Assembly: GCF_006345805.1 (NCBI RefSeq)
Contig: NW_021834235.1
Span: 1 to 64,000 of the forward strand
Direction: 5' to 3'
DNA: 64,000 nt
DNA from: Octopus sinensis
Taxonomy: Eukaryota
Shown here: piece after piece, positions 50,996 to 64,000 of the stretch
Layout of the letters: the number at the start of each line of letters is the position of its first letter
Numbering within the stretch: position 1 is the first letter of the stretch
Translations under genes and position numbers: made by a program
The notes under the pieces: generated by a model
The model's input: only the letters and a program-made list of their open reading frames with translations
The model's database searches: none
Told to the model about the DNA's origin: nothing

Positions 50996-52324
50996 CAAAA
51001 TATTTTGAGTCATTGCTCTTCATTTGAGAATGAGTAGAAGAAAGGAAGTGGCACCAGCCGAAGGACAGGGCTCCAAGTCTTTACAGATTTTATTCCTCAC
51101 TCAACTTATTGAATTCTTCTAAGAATTTCCCTAAGGTTTACTATCTTCAATTATCTCAAATTCCAAATTCAAATTGCTTTCCATACACTATCTAAAAAAA
51201 TTTTACCTGAGATTTCTCGAAATATTCCAGTTTGGAAAAGAATGTTTTTACCAGACTATCTGTGTTTCTGATGCACTACATGGAGACAAAACCTTCAATG
51301 TAGGACTTGACATAGGAATGATAGCCAACTGAGTCAACAGCAGCCAGTTTGTGCAAAAGGATCGCCAATTCAAATCGTACGGAAACAAACCAACACACAA
51401 ACATGTGGTAAGTCAGACCATCAAACTTTAAGCTAGTGATTTGGACTGATGCATCTAAACTCTGGGGATCAATAAAACCACAGAATAATTGAAGGGTGAG
51501 GACTTGAAATAACGAGTTTAAGTTTGTTTACGAGATCGGGAGACACCGAGTCTCGTCAAGTTGCTTTGCTCTAGATACACTAGAAAAACAAACTAACGAG
51601 GTTAATTACTCAGCAACACCATCTGCACGATGAACAACAGCAAGTTAGTGTTAATATTTTTTATACAATGAGTATCAAAAACCTAATTATGAATACTTAC
51701 GTTGTTAGGAAAAAGACATTAGCTCAATGACTAATATTATTTTAATCTTTAGGTTGATTGTAGGATTCCCTTTCAACACTATCTTTATAGGTGACTTTGC
51801 GTCAAAAAATCTCAATTGCTAATAATAGTCCACCCATGACATTTGCGATATATTTTCAATGTATATATTTTGGGTGTGGATGACAAGAGAGTTAATCGTA
51901 TTGCAACAGTTTTAGTAAACCAATTATTTCATAAGGTTAAGGACATCTACTCACTGATATCTACAGAGTGCACTTGCATCTGCAACAATTTTTCCCGGTT
52001 AATGTGGCATTAAGGAGATGAGAGAGACGTCAGTCAATCGCAGACAGCATTTTCCCACGAGTGGATTGGAGATCAGGACTGTAAATCAGCGAAACATTCG
52101 TCACTTCTAAAATGCTACCGCTAGTAATAGACACGTCTTGATTGTACCTGTTTATTTCCCGTGTTTAGCTTTGTAGACAGAAATATTTTAAATTAAGTAT
52201 CTTGACAACAGACACAATATGGTGCCGGCAGCAAGATAACAACCACCGAACTCTCGGGCGATTAATTCGACTACATACGTTCATGTAAATTCACGCTTTG
52301 AATTAGATCGATGCTGATGTCGCT

Positions 52325-52535
52325 TATATTTCTTATTTCTTTACTACCCACAAGGGGATACAGACAGAGGGAACAAACAAGGACAGAAAAACGGATTAAG
52401 TCGATTATATCGACCCCAGTGCGTAACTGGTACTTATTTAATCGACCCCGAAAGGATGAATGGCAAAGTCGACCTCGGCGGAATTTGAACTCAGAACGTA
52501 GCTGCAGACGAAATGCCGCTAAGCATTTTTTCCGG
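52325..52535 (-). mobile_element. SINE family A
   Basis: Reverse complement of consensus, abutting (TTA)n. Confidence 0.9.
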
Positions 52536-52555
52536 CATTATTATTATTGTTGTTG

Positions 52556-52617
<62 letters not shown>

Positions 52618-52621
<4 letters not shown>

Positions 52622-52797
52622 ATTTCTATTTCAAGATATTTATACTTGCTCAGTCTTTGGAAGGTCTTGACAGATACATTTATATCGATTGGGATAGTCA
52701 TATCAATGAAGAGGCAGGATTTTTGTCTGAAGCCTTTCAATATGATGTCTGGCCTATCTTTCTGTCAGTTTGAATGGTGAAGTTCCAGAGGAGTTTT
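52618..52797 (-). mobile_element. R4/Dong-like RLE endonuclease fragment in a (TAA)n tract
   Basis: LLWNFTIQTDRKI/RPDIILKGFRQKSCLFIDMTIPIDINVSVKTFQRLSKYKYLEIEI (PD..D motif, one frameshift). Confidence 0.8.
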
Positions 52798-53195
52798 TAT
52801 TATTATTATTATTTTTATTATTATTATTATTTTTATTATTATTATTATTGTTGTTGTTGTTGTTGTTGATGTTGTTATCATTATTATTATTATTGTAGTT
52901 GGTGTTGTTTGTTTGTCCTCTGCGGGGAGATAAGCCCTTGAGAATAAAGAGCAGGCTCCTAGCTGACTGACTTTACAATCTGGTTTCGATTCCTGCATTA
53001 AGCCGTTTCTTTTCATTTATGCCATTAATACCTTCTGGGAAAATATTACACAGCCATGCCATCCTCCTTAAATTCCCATGGTCCTTGCTTATATAAGAAA
53101 CCTTTTTTTATTATATCAGAAATTATTAATACCACCTGCTATCTACGGCGTAAGTGATCACAGATCTCATAATAAACACACCCACACGCTTATAC

Positions 53196-53248
<53 letters not shown>

Positions 53249-53493
53249 ATATATGATAAAATAATGTCTGTGCACGACATAGGCACTCTTAAAGATGATG
53301 TATAATTAAGGTCGCAATAACCTTAAGCGTAGAAGATTCAGAAAGGTATTTTTCGGAAATGGTATAGTTCTTATCAAGTGACCATTCCTAAAAACGAGTT
53401 TTTGACTGCAACAAAATGACGCTAAGTACAATGCACACACACACACACATATTATATCGAGAGAGAGAGAGAGAAAGAGAGAGACGTGCATAT

Positions 53494-53551
<58 letters not shown>

Positions 53552-53581
53552 ATATATATGCATATGTATATATCTTCTGCG

Positions 53582-53614
<33 letters not shown>

Positions 53615-53667
53615 CGTGTGTATGTGCATGTGTGCATGTATATATTTTTTAATTCTTTTATTCTATT

Positions 53668-54049
53668 ACTAGCAGTATAGCTCAGTCTTTCTCGGGTTTG
53701 TTTTCTTTTCGACCCTTTAAAGTAAAATTTTTGCATTTTGTAGCTTGTTATTCTCTTTAAGTGAGCATTTTTCTGATTGAAATGCACCGAAAAATGGCGA
53801 CACAGCAGTCAAAAGATCGTAAAAAAAATAGGGATTTTCATAGAAAAAAACACCATTTTGATGTAAATAATTTTTGGTATTAACATGGTCCGATTTGAAC
53901 TTTTTCTTCTACGGAAGGAAGAGCAAGCCTTCTGCTATCATAATCTCAATTTTGGTCAACTTGCGCCGAAAGGTCTCGGAGTAGATAGTGTTAGTTGAAG
54001 GCTACCAAACCTGCCTCACGCAGACAACTTCAGCTTTATATATAAAGAT
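53668..54049 (+). mobile_element. Helitron/Helentron-like non-autonomous element
   Basis: Starts actagcagtata and ends ctttatatataaagat, like 6953-7339. Confidence 0.55.
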
Positions 54050-54230
54050 TTGTTTCAACCATTTCACTGAAGCCACGCTGAAGCATCGCCTTTAGTCGAA
54101 GAAATCGAACCCAGGAGTACTTATTTTATCGGCCACTTTTGCCTAACCGCTAAGTTACGGGGACGTAAGCACACTAACATCAGTTGTCAAGCAATAGTGG
54201 GGCACAAACACATACATACACACACACACA

Positions 54231-54261
<31 letters not shown>

Positions 54262-54495
54262 TACACACATATATATATATATATATATTCAAAATGTGAC
54301 CGCGTGTGTACCGTTGGCGATATTTTTTTTCCTCTGTCTTCCCTTCTCTGGATCTTTCCTTCTCCTATGTTTCCGACGAAGAGCTCCGCTCGAAATGTTA
54401 AACCCTCCTTCTTTCCTTCTTTCCAGAGCGTCCAATAATACTATAATTGTTCCACGTCCTCGCGTTGTTGTTTCTTTGTGCTTTCTTGTTTGGAT

Positions 54496-54535
<40 letters not shown>

Positions 54536-54579
54536 ATCCAAACAAGAAAGCATATATATATAATATAATAATAATACGC

Positions 54580-54651
<72 letters not shown>

Positions 54652-54770
54652 TACGACGGGCTTCTTTCAGTTTCCGTCTACCAAATCCACTTACAAGGCT
54701 TTGGTCGGCCCGAGGCTACAGCAGAAGACACTCTCACAAGGTGCCACGCAGTGGGACTGAACCCACTATT
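54050..54770 (-). mobile_element. SINE family B split by a Penelope-like insertion in its internal microsatellite
   Basis: 3' part at 54050-54215 and head at 54655-54770. Confidence 0.8.
54290..54553 (+). mobile_element. Penelope-like fragment (second copy of 44015-44210), end inverted across (TA)n
   Basis: Hammerhead motif at 54369-54403 (CCGACGA...GAAATGTT); tgctttcttgtttggattaac-(TA)n-gttaatccaaacaagaaagca. Confidence 0.75.
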
Positions 54771-54825
54771 AATAATGATGATAATAATAATAATAATAAT
54801 AATGATGATAATAATAATAATAATA

Positions 54826-54879
<54 letters not shown>

Positions 54880-55027
54880 TAACCCTTGCTACTATAGGCA
54901 CAAGGCCTGTAATTTGGGGGAGAGAGTCAATTAAATTGATTCCAGTTCACAAACGGTACTTATTTTATTGACCCCGAATAGATGAAAAGCGAAGTCGACC
55001 TCGGCGGATATAATAATAATAATGTTA

Positions 55028-55080
<53 letters not shown>

Positions 55081-55154
55081 AATGATTCTGCTACTACTAC
55101 TACTAATAATAATAAGAACAACAACAACGAGAACTATAATAACAATAATAATAA

Positions 55155-55573
55155 TAGTCAGTTGTTTGACCTTAACGAGTTGAGCATGTCCCCTAGTGGC
55201 TGACGATATGTGCAACTCTGATCATGAGCAGAAGTAGTGGGGGAGCATCGTAGCCGTGTGTTGAAAGGAATTCTTGGAGGTTTGGATAATTCACCTTTGG
55301 AAACATGGGTGGTTCCTTCAACATCCTTAAACAACCCTTATTCAGGGACCTTTTGAGCGAGATGGGCTATTCGACCAGAAGAAAATTCTAACTGGGCCCC
55401 ACCTGCAAGGTCATGCGCTGTTTATCTTGATATGAGATCTCCATGCCGCGCACATATGGTTGTGATGCATGTGCCTGGTGTACCTTTATCAGACGGGTAG
55501 TCATGATGGGTATATTGGGCTTCGTATATTTTACCCCAGTGTCACTTTGATGGCATGCACTGCTCTCTCACTC

Positions 55574-55575
<2 letters not shown>
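55155..55575 (+). mobile_element. Non-coding interspersed repeat with (TAA)n tail, local family E
   Basis: About 420-bp GC-balanced block embedded in TAA tracts; recognised from memory as an abundant Octopus repeat. Confidence 0.55.
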
Positions 55576-55611
<36 letters not shown>

Positions 55612-55649
55612 TGATGATGATGATGATGATGATAATAATAATAATAGTA

Positions 55650-55727
<78 letters not shown>

Positions 55728-55737
55728 TATTCAATAA

Positions 55738-56323
55738 TATATTCACAGACATGACAGAGTTGGAGCCTACATACATTGGAAGCTATGCCAACATTATGGA
55801 ATAACAACAGAAAAAAGATGATATAGGCACACACCAGAAAAGGTCACAGAAAACGAGAAAGCAACCATACTCTGGGATATGCCGATACACACAGAGAAAT
55901 TAAGGCCAACAGACCAGATATAGTTGTCAGAGATCATGAAGAAAAAAAAATGCTTTCTAATTGATGTATCAATACCGGCAGATGACAACGTGTCTCTAAA
56001 AGAAATGGAGAAACTCTCAAAATACAAAGACCTGGAAATAGAGGTAACCAGAATGTGGAATCTGAAAACAGAAACAATTCCTATCATAGTAGGTGCATTA
56101 GGCATGATGAAAAAAGATTCAGACAAATACATAACAAAAACACCAGGACTTACAAACACATATAACATACAGAAAATTGCACTACTAGGCACTGCACACA
56201 TCCTACGCAGAACACTTTCCATACAATAACCATCAGAGCATCAGAACAAATCACAGCACATACCCAAGGCAGACAGAGCTGCGCTCGGTAGTGAAGTGAA
56301 AGCACGCTATAAAAATAAAACTA

Positions 56324-56327
<4 letters not shown>
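55738..56327 (+). mobile_element. 5'-truncated R4/Dong-like non-LTR retrotransposon (RLE domain and 3' UTR)
   Basis: HRHDRVGAYIHWKLC...ILWDMPIHT/IKANRPDIVVRDHEEKKCFLIDVSIP...EKLSKYKDLEIEV...LLGTAHILRRTLSIQ*; stop at 55819, one frameshift; (TAA)n on both sides. Confidence 0.9.
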
Positions 56328-56367
<40 letters not shown>

Positions 56368-56607
56368 TAATAATAGTAATAATAACCTTTGCTACTATAG
56401 GCATAAGGCCTGTAATTTGGGGTAGGGAGTCAATTAAATTGACTCCAGTTCACAACTGGTTCTTATTTTATCGACCCCGAATGGATGAAAGGCAAATTCG
56501 ACCTCGGCGGATATAATAATAATAATGTTAATGAAGATAATGATGAGGATAATGATTCTGCTACTAATAATACTAATAATAATAAGAACAACAACAACAG
56601 CGACAAC

Positions 56608-56663
<56 letters not shown>

Positions 56664-56980
56664 TGATGATGATGATGATGATGATAATAATAATAAATAG
56701 CGATGATGATCGGATGATGATTTTGGTGGTTTTGATGATATAATTAAAATGTGTGCATAAGGTTAACCGCGTTATGCATACATGCGTACATAGATAATAC
56801 ATAGCCTACATTCTCAGAAACATATGAGGAACACATCGTATTTATAGAAATGCAAACGTAAGGGGGAATCCATAAATATATTCTTACGTATGTATGCGTG
56901 TGTATGTATATAGTATATTTTATATATATATATGTATGTATGTCTATACACGCACACATATATACATATATATATATATT

Positions 56981-57020
<40 letters not shown>

Positions 57021-57389
57021 CATACGCACGCACACACACACATATGTATATGTATATATCTATGTCTATACACACATACATACATATATATAGTTTATAA
57101 AGATGTATTCATATTTACATAACATACGAAGTAAAATCTTAAAAATAAACTGGGAACGTACTTTTGGGCAAAGAATTTGATTCTAAATGTGTGTCGTGTA
57201 AATAATAGAGTCTAATTCCTTTCATGCCAGAATATGATCTCGCGGCCCAGAAAATCCCGAAGCTTCTCTTATCCCAATACAAATAGTTATTAGAAAAGTT
57301 TCGAAAGGAGAAGTCACTTTTAAAATCCGTTTTATTTAAAATATCGTTTGATGTCAATTCTTGCTCAAACAGAGCTTTGAACGACATAG

Positions 57390-57692
57390 GTCTGGTGGTG
57401 GTGGTGATGGTGGTGGTGATGGTGGTGGTGGTGGTGGTGGTAGTGGCGGCGGTGGCAGCGGTTGTGGTTCTTGTTGTTGTTATTGTGTGGTGGTGGTGGT
57501 GGTGGTGGTGGTGGTGGTGGTAGTGGCGGCGGTTGTGGCGGCGGTATTGTTTTTGCTGGTAGTTGATGTGGTGGTGGTTGTAGTGGCGGCAGTGGTGGTG
57601 GTAGATGGGGAAGTAGTGGTGATGGTGATTCTAATGTTGGTGGTGATGGTGGTGGTGGTGGTGGTAGTGTTGTCTACAGTTTTGGCCTTGTG

Positions 57693-57743
<51 letters not shown>

Positions 57744-57926
57744 GGTGGTGGTGGTAGTGGCGGCGGTTGTGGCGGCGGTATTGTTTTTGCTGGTAGTTGA
57801 TGTGGTGGTGGTTGTAGTGGCGGCAGTGGTGGTGGTAGATGGGGAAGTAGTGGTGATGGTGATTCTAATGTTGGTGGTGATGGTGGTGGTGGTGGTGGTA
57901 GTGTTGTCTACAGTTTTGGCCTTGTG

Positions 57927-57974
<48 letters not shown>

Positions 57975-58000
57975 GGTGGTGTGGTGGTGGTGGTGGTGGT
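57390..58000. repeat. (GGT/GTT)-rich low-complexity tract with a 234-bp tandem duplication
   Basis: Anchors at 57521/57755 and 57677/57911 are both 234 bp apart. Confidence 0.9.
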
Positions 58001-58413
58001 GTTGACAAAGATATGGCACAGGGGAATGAAACTGTTGCTTTCGAGATTTCGAAGACGGAATGATTCAAAATATCTTTTAAATTCCGGCCATGATAAAAAA
58101 AATTAAAAAAACGAAATTTTGGTTATAAATAAGTATGTGGCTATTCTAATGTCGCCCACAATACGTTTACCCGTTAATAACAACATTAACAACAAAAACA
58201 ACAACAACAACAACAACAACAACGACGACGACGACGAAGCAAACATTTACCAAACAATACTATTAACGTGCAATGGAAACGCTCATTAATTACTTTATTC
58301 TCTCTAATTAATTTCCAATCTCAGACTATTTGTCTTTCCTTGTTTGCATTGGTTCAGTGTGTAGACATTTTATTATTCATTTTGATACAGCGGCAGTACA
58401 TTGTCATAGTGAA

Positions 58414-58745
58414 GACGCATGGATCAGTGGTTAGAGCGTCGAGCTTACGATCGTGATGTTGTGAGCTCGAATCCCGGACCGGGCTGCGTGTTGGGTTCTT
58501 GAGCAAGACACTTTATTTCACGTTGCTCCAGTTAACTCAGCTGTAGAAATGAGTTGCGACGTCACTGGTGCCAAGCTGTATCGGCTGCTGCCTTTCCCTT
58601 GGATAACACTGGTGGCGTGGAGAGAGGAGGCCGGTATGCATGGGCGACTGCTGGTCTTCCATAAACCACCTTGCCCAGACTTGTGACTAGGAGGGTAACT
58701 TTTTAGGTGCAATCCCATGGTCCGTGTCGTGACCGAAGGTGGTCC
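58414..58745 (+). mobile_element. SINE family D, full length
   Basis: tRNA-like head gacgcatggatcagtggttagagcg...ctcgaatccc. Confidence 0.9.
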
Positions 58746-58779
58746 CGACCGACATTGTCACCTGTACTCAATATAATTC

Positions 58780-58975
58780 TTCCTGATTTTGGCACAAGGG
58801 CAGTAAATTTGAGGGGAAGAGGAAGTTAACTACATCGACTCCAGTAATTGACTTCCTCTTCCCCTTGAATATACTGCCCTTGTGCCAAAATCATATCGAC
58901 TCCAGTAATTGACTCGTGCTTTATTCATCGACCCTGAAAATATGAAAGGCAAAGTTGAGCTCTGCGTCATTTAAA
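58780..58975 (-). mobile_element. SINE family A 3' fragment with internal inversion and duplication
   Basis: 43-bp inverted repeat plus 20-bp direct repeat. Confidence 0.7.
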
Positions 58976-60164
58976 TATATAATGTTCTGAATTGTATATG
59001 GAAAAAACATTTCCTTTAATCCAATGCAACTTCTTTTTTGTGTAGAGAAAGAAAACAAAAACCTAGCGAGGATTCTGAGTGGCTCTAAAAGTAAAGAGGA
59101 GATAACCGCAAGCAATTTGGAGTTAATTTCTCGAAGTTGTTAATTACATGCTTAGGTGGAAGTTTTAACTTCATTTGCGGGCTAGAAATGACAATTCAAA
59201 TGTTTCAGTCTACAAAACTTCATCAGTTGATAGAGGCTTCTAAATGTAGAGAAAGACGTCTGTATAATTTTTCACCGACATAATTTGCATGACTAAAGAA
59301 TAAAATGATTTAAGAGAAACATTTTAAATTGGACAAGGCTTATCTTTGAATTACTAAGAAGTGATACAGTGAATGTTATGCACAAATATTCATTTACGTA
59401 TGCTTATTTTCTTAAAATTATCTTCCCTTTCCATTGAAACCTGCCAACAATAGCTTCTATGTTTTCTTCTTTTTTTTCTTCTTTTTTTTAAGACCTGAAG
59501 TAGAATGCGGGACATCACTAGAATTAGTAATGATTAACAGATATGTCTAAGTAGAAGGTCGCTCGTAGCACAGTACATATAAGCCTCCGTAGTAACACAA
59601 AGCAACACAGAACGTTAGAAATCAATGTTGGTTCACGGATTGCAGCTGGTTTACAATGCATGGTTTGCTCATTTGACAGTTAGGTTATCTTAAATACCAG
59701 TAATTATATATTTGAAATGTTGTATAATATCCGTTATATTTGTCTGGGGGCGGAAAATCTGGGTCATTTAAACAGATAAAGGAAGATCATTCAACACCGT
59801 TGTAGATTCTGCTGTATTCCTTAGTAAAATAATTAATTCTAGTGGCCCCATTTACCTGACAGACACTTCTGGGAAAGTTATGAGACACCAGAATTACTTA
59901 TGCGTGTAACAGTATTTGCCTGTTCAGATTCAATGTAATCTCGTGGGATCTTTTATTGAATAACCAGTTCGTGTCGACTTTTATTTTAAATCTTATTATT
60001 CTTCTATACAAAATGGGTCCACCAAGCATAGAGATTAAATAATTGTTTTTCCGGACAAAAATATCAAATGAATTTAGTCTAGGTCAGTGTGGAGAATGTC
60101 TTGAAAAGGTAAAGAAATCCTAACGATTCAATCACACAACCGACGTAATACTTCTGGCATTGTT

Positions 60165-60290
60165 AAGGCGGTGAGTCGACTGAATCGTTGGGACACCAGG
60201 TAAAGTTCTTAGCGGAATTTCGTCCGTCTTTGTGATCTGAGTTCTAATTCCGCTAAGGTCGGCTTCGCCTTTTATCATTTCATTCATTCA
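60165..60290 (+). mobile_element. SINE family A, 5' part, diverged
   Basis: ggcggtgag...gaatcgtt...tctgagttctaattccg...cctttt. Confidence 0.65.
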
Positions 60291-60689
60291 TTCGGTTCTC
60301 ATTATCCCTTGTGGCACTTGAGGCGACAGCAAGCTCGTTCCACCTTCAAACACTGAAAGCGTTCATGATAGTTTGTTGAATTGGTAACCCTCTGCTTTTA
60401 AGATCTTTCGTCGTTGTTCTCCGCCATTACAAAAGATCTTAAAAGCAGAAACTTAACGATAGAACAAGCTAACAAAGACGCTTTCAGTGTTAGAAGATAG
60501 GATGATCTTGCTATCGCCTCAAGTGCCAAATCTTTTCGGGGTCGAGAAAATAAACATAGCTATTCACTAAGATGGCTGCAATTGACTTAGTTCTCACCCC
60601 CAAATTACTGGGCTTGTACCAAAATTTGAAGCCTATATTTTAGGTGTCGGTATTACTGATATCTGTTACAAAGAGCTTCATTTATAATA

Positions 60690-60955
60690 AAATATCTTTC
60701 AATATTGTGCTTAAGTTAGAAATAGTTACAAAGCTAGACACAGATTTAAGTCTGCGATGAATACACTACCATACCATATAATACTTTCCTGGTAATTCTG
60801 GCCGTGCCAAGGAGGCAAACCTTTTGTAACAGTTCTACTGGACATTCTATTCCAATTTCCTTTATATTCCCCTTTATGCCTTCTGACACTGTCCCCAATA
60901 ACACAAAAATAATTGGCACTTCATTTTTCATAATCGCGCTATCTTGTACTTAAGA
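60690..60955 (-). mobile_element. RLE-type (R4-like) retrotransposon 3' fragment
   Basis: VPIIFVLLGTVSEGIKGNIKEIGIECPVELLQKVCLLGTARITRKVL; (TAA)/(GAA) tract on its 5' side. Confidence 0.75.
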
Positions 60956-61041
60956 TGGTCGTGCATGTCTATTCTTCTTCTTCTTCTTCTTCTTCTTCTT
61001 CTTCTTCTTCTTCTAATCATTATTATCTATCATTTATTATA

Positions 61042-61094
<53 letters not shown>

Positions 61095-61319
61095 AGTCCC
61101 ATCTTTAGAAAAATATATGCCATAGTTATAATTGCAACTTACAGTGTACTGTTTGATCTGATGTTTGAAACACATTTTTTATTCAGAAACTATCAATAAA
61201 AATGTCAGTTAAGTATATTGTTAAGACTTACGCAGATTCTTGAAACATTCTTCAGTTCAATTACATCATTTTTACTCCACTCTGATCAAGAAATTGAAAG
61301 TCACATCTGATGCAAAGCT

Positions 61320-61540
61320 ATTTCTACATCAGCCATCATCCAAGTAGCCTCTCTGCGCCCCAAGACTCTCCAGTTGTGCCTCATGCATACAACCAGCCAA
61401 GATTTTGTTTCCAATCCATTCTTTGGATGTCATCAGTCCGCAAACGTCTCTGACAACCTCTCGCTCTCTTCCCATTGCATAAGACCATCTGTCCGGATGG
61501 TCTTATGCAGTGGATCGTGGTGCACTGCATATTCAAAATA
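61320..61540 (-). mobile_element. RTE-like LINE 3' fragment
   Basis: GKRARGCQRRLRTDDI...EWIG pattern resembles the RTE C-terminal GKR.RGR.R..W.DDI motif. Confidence 0.55.
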
Positions 61541-61547
61541 TGAGGTC

Positions 61548-62407
61548 CGAGGGACATTCCAGACATTTTGAAACTTGTTTTCATGAGAGGCAGTTATAAC
61601 TGCCCTAGATTATTGGATTATTGGATTATTGGATTATTGTAACGTTGGCATATCATTACTATGCATTTAATAAGCTGACCTGCCAACTTTTGTTCTTCCT
61701 GATTGAAGGAAGACGGCCGTAATAGCACTTTGAACACGCCCTATATAACGTTGCTTGTAACAGCTGACTCGTTTGCAGAAAGCAGTCGGGACATTTTGTG
61801 TTAAACTGGACAAAAACACTACAGAAACTTATGAAATGCTCCAGACTGGTCATGGATTAATTTGTATGTGCTGAGCATCTGTTTTTCCCTGGCACAAGAG
61901 GCCAGGGAAAACAAGTCCACCGGGAAGTTTATGATGATTCTCCTTTTCGACTGCGAGGGCATCATCTACATCCACTCGGTTTCCAGTGACCAGACGGTCA
62001 ACAAGGAGTACTTTGTGGAGATTTTGAAGGAGTTTAGAAAAAGATTTCCTTGCAAAAGGTCAGAGCACCCGCACTAGGGCAGGGCACCTATATACAATTA
62101 AATCATGGAAACCAATCCCTTGATTTACATGCGTGTCACAATTGTCCCTCACCAAAACTGCAATGCAGATCTTGCTCCCTGTGACTTTTGGTTGTTCCCC
62201 AAGCTGAAGGGGACGAAGTGGGTTGTGATAAGTGACCTGGACACATTCATTTTGGAGACCTTCCACAGAGCCTTTACGAAGTAGCTGGGGCGCTACAATA
62301 GGTACATTGAAGTTAGAAGATTATACTGTGAAGGCAGAGTTTTGTACTTCTATGGAATTAATAAATGTTTCTCCTGAAAAGTCTCAAAACTTCTGGAATG
62401 CACCTTG
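61548..62407 (+). mobile_element. Internally deleted mariner transposon
   Basis: KSTGKFMMILLFDCEGII...QTVNKEYFVEIL and DLAPCDFWLFPKLK; diverged TIRs at both ends. Confidence 0.9.
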
Positions 62408-62538
62408 AACACACACGGAAATTTATTTCTACGTATATATATGCACAAATTCGTATGTATTTTATTATTTAAAAAAATTTAGTTGTCTTTCTTATTTTTA
62501 GTTGTGAATTTAAAACTAATTTTCATAATCTATTCAAG

Positions 62539-62575
<37 letters not shown>

Positions 62576-62802
62576 TATATATATATATTATTTTGCTATC
62601 ATTAGAATGATGATTTAATGGTTTTTACAAGCAAATCTAATTATAATTAGTCTACTTTAATGAAACAGGGGAAATTTAATTAGTAATTATGTCAAGTCGT
62701 ACACTGAGGAGATTTCAACATCAAATAAAAACATCTTTCAACTAGTTTCCGTTGAATTTTGGCAAATTAATAGCATTTAGATTTCGGAGTTTTTTGCCAA
62801 GT

Positions 62803-63345
62803 TACCACCACCACCACCACCACCACCACCACCACCACTACCACCACCACCACCACCACCACCACCACCACCACTACCACCACCACTACCACCACCACCA
62901 CCACCACCACCACCACCACCACCACCACCACCACCACCACCACCACCACCACCACCACCAACCACCCCACCACCACCACCACTACCACCACCACCACCAC
63001 CACACACCACCACCACCACTACCACCACCACTACCACCACCACCACCACACCACCACCACCAACCACCACCACCACACCACCACCACCACCACCACCACC
63101 ACCAACCACCACCACCACCACCACCACCACTACCACCACCACTACCACTACTACTGCTGCTGCTGCTATTTCTACTGCTACTACTACTACTAGAACCACA
63201 GTTGCTGCTACTGCTACTGTTGCTGTTGCTACTGCTACCACGACTACCTCTATCACTATTCCATGTACTAATACTTTTACTACTATTGCTGCTACTTCTA
63301 CTGTTGTTGTTGCTGCTGCTGCTGTTGCTGTTGTTGCTGTTGCTG
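62803..63345. repeat. (ACC)n/(ACT)n/(GCT)n trinucleotide tract, partly the tail of SINE F
   Basis: Directly visible. Confidence 0.95.
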
Positions 63346-63715
63346 TTGAGCGAACGGTCTTCGTCCCAGAGCTCGCAAGATGGGGGAAGTCCGAAACGTG
63401 GTCCTTTGCTATTCGTAAGACATGCAGAAGAGAAAGCAGGTCAACCCCCGACACCGAGAGCATCGACGGATGGATGAATGCGCATCCAGGCTCAGTGGTT
63501 GCGTAGGAAGTCGGGAACAAGAAACAGGAAGAAAGAGTGAGAGGAAGTTGGAGCGAAAGAGTACAACAGGGGTCGTCACCACTCCCTGCCGGAGCCTCGT
63601 GGGGCTTTAGGCGTTTTCGCTAAATAAACACACACAACGCTCGGTCTGGGAATCGAAACCGCGATCCTCCGACCGCGAGTCCGCTGCCCTAACCACTGGG
63701 CCATTGTGCCTCCAC
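63345..63715 (-). mobile_element. SINE family F
   Basis: Closely matches 25285-25655. Confidence 0.85.
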
Positions 63716-64000
63716 TGCTGCTGTTGCTAGTGTTTATGAACGCCGAGCTTCTGCTTTGGCTACGAAATCTTAAACTCTCCAGTCAGCAATACTCACTTAA
63801 GAAGCATGTTTTTTTTTGTTTTTTAAGCATTATGAATTTTAAGAGTCAGCACAGACGAGAAATAGAATGATATTTTAAATCTAATGAGAATTCGTTAAAT
63901 TTACTCAGATTTCGTTAGTTGTCTTTCACTTTAAGAATAACAGGTTTTACGTAAACCATCTCGAGGAATAATCAGACTTTGCCGAACTATGCATCGAGCC

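Noticed and set aside
51255-51409. Plus-strand exon between ttaccag and GTAAGT, and an overlapping 51-aa minus-strand ORF
   Set aside because: The plus exon has stops in all frames, and the minus ORF lacks an acceptor and any recognisable homology.
57480-58019. Mucin-like Thr-rich gene
   Set aside because: Explained by (ACC/AAC)n composition; no signal peptide or exon boundaries.

Overview
Very AT-rich eukaryotic genomic DNA dense in microsatellites and repeats. The repeat families look like those of a coleoid cephalopod (Octopus-like); this is recognised from memory, not from a database search. Nearly every entry in the ORF track is a microsatellite or SINE artefact, and no complete protein-coding gene is present. 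Supported content: (1) about six tRNA-headed SINE families, labelled A-F locally; (2) fragments of non-LTR retrotransposons (three R4/Dong-like RLE elements in TAA tracts, plus Tx1/L1-, CR1- and RTE-like 3' ends); (3) two mariner remnants, Helitron-like elements and foldback MITEs; (4) a candidate promoter and first coding exon of a minus-strand gene at about 31.8-32.5 kb. The most interesting signal is a set of about ten minimal type-I hammerhead ribozyme motifs with palindromic helix III, in Penelope-like non-coding repeats. Several unrelated families share a non-canonical CCGA core (U4C), and one copy has a compensatory U3-A8 pair.
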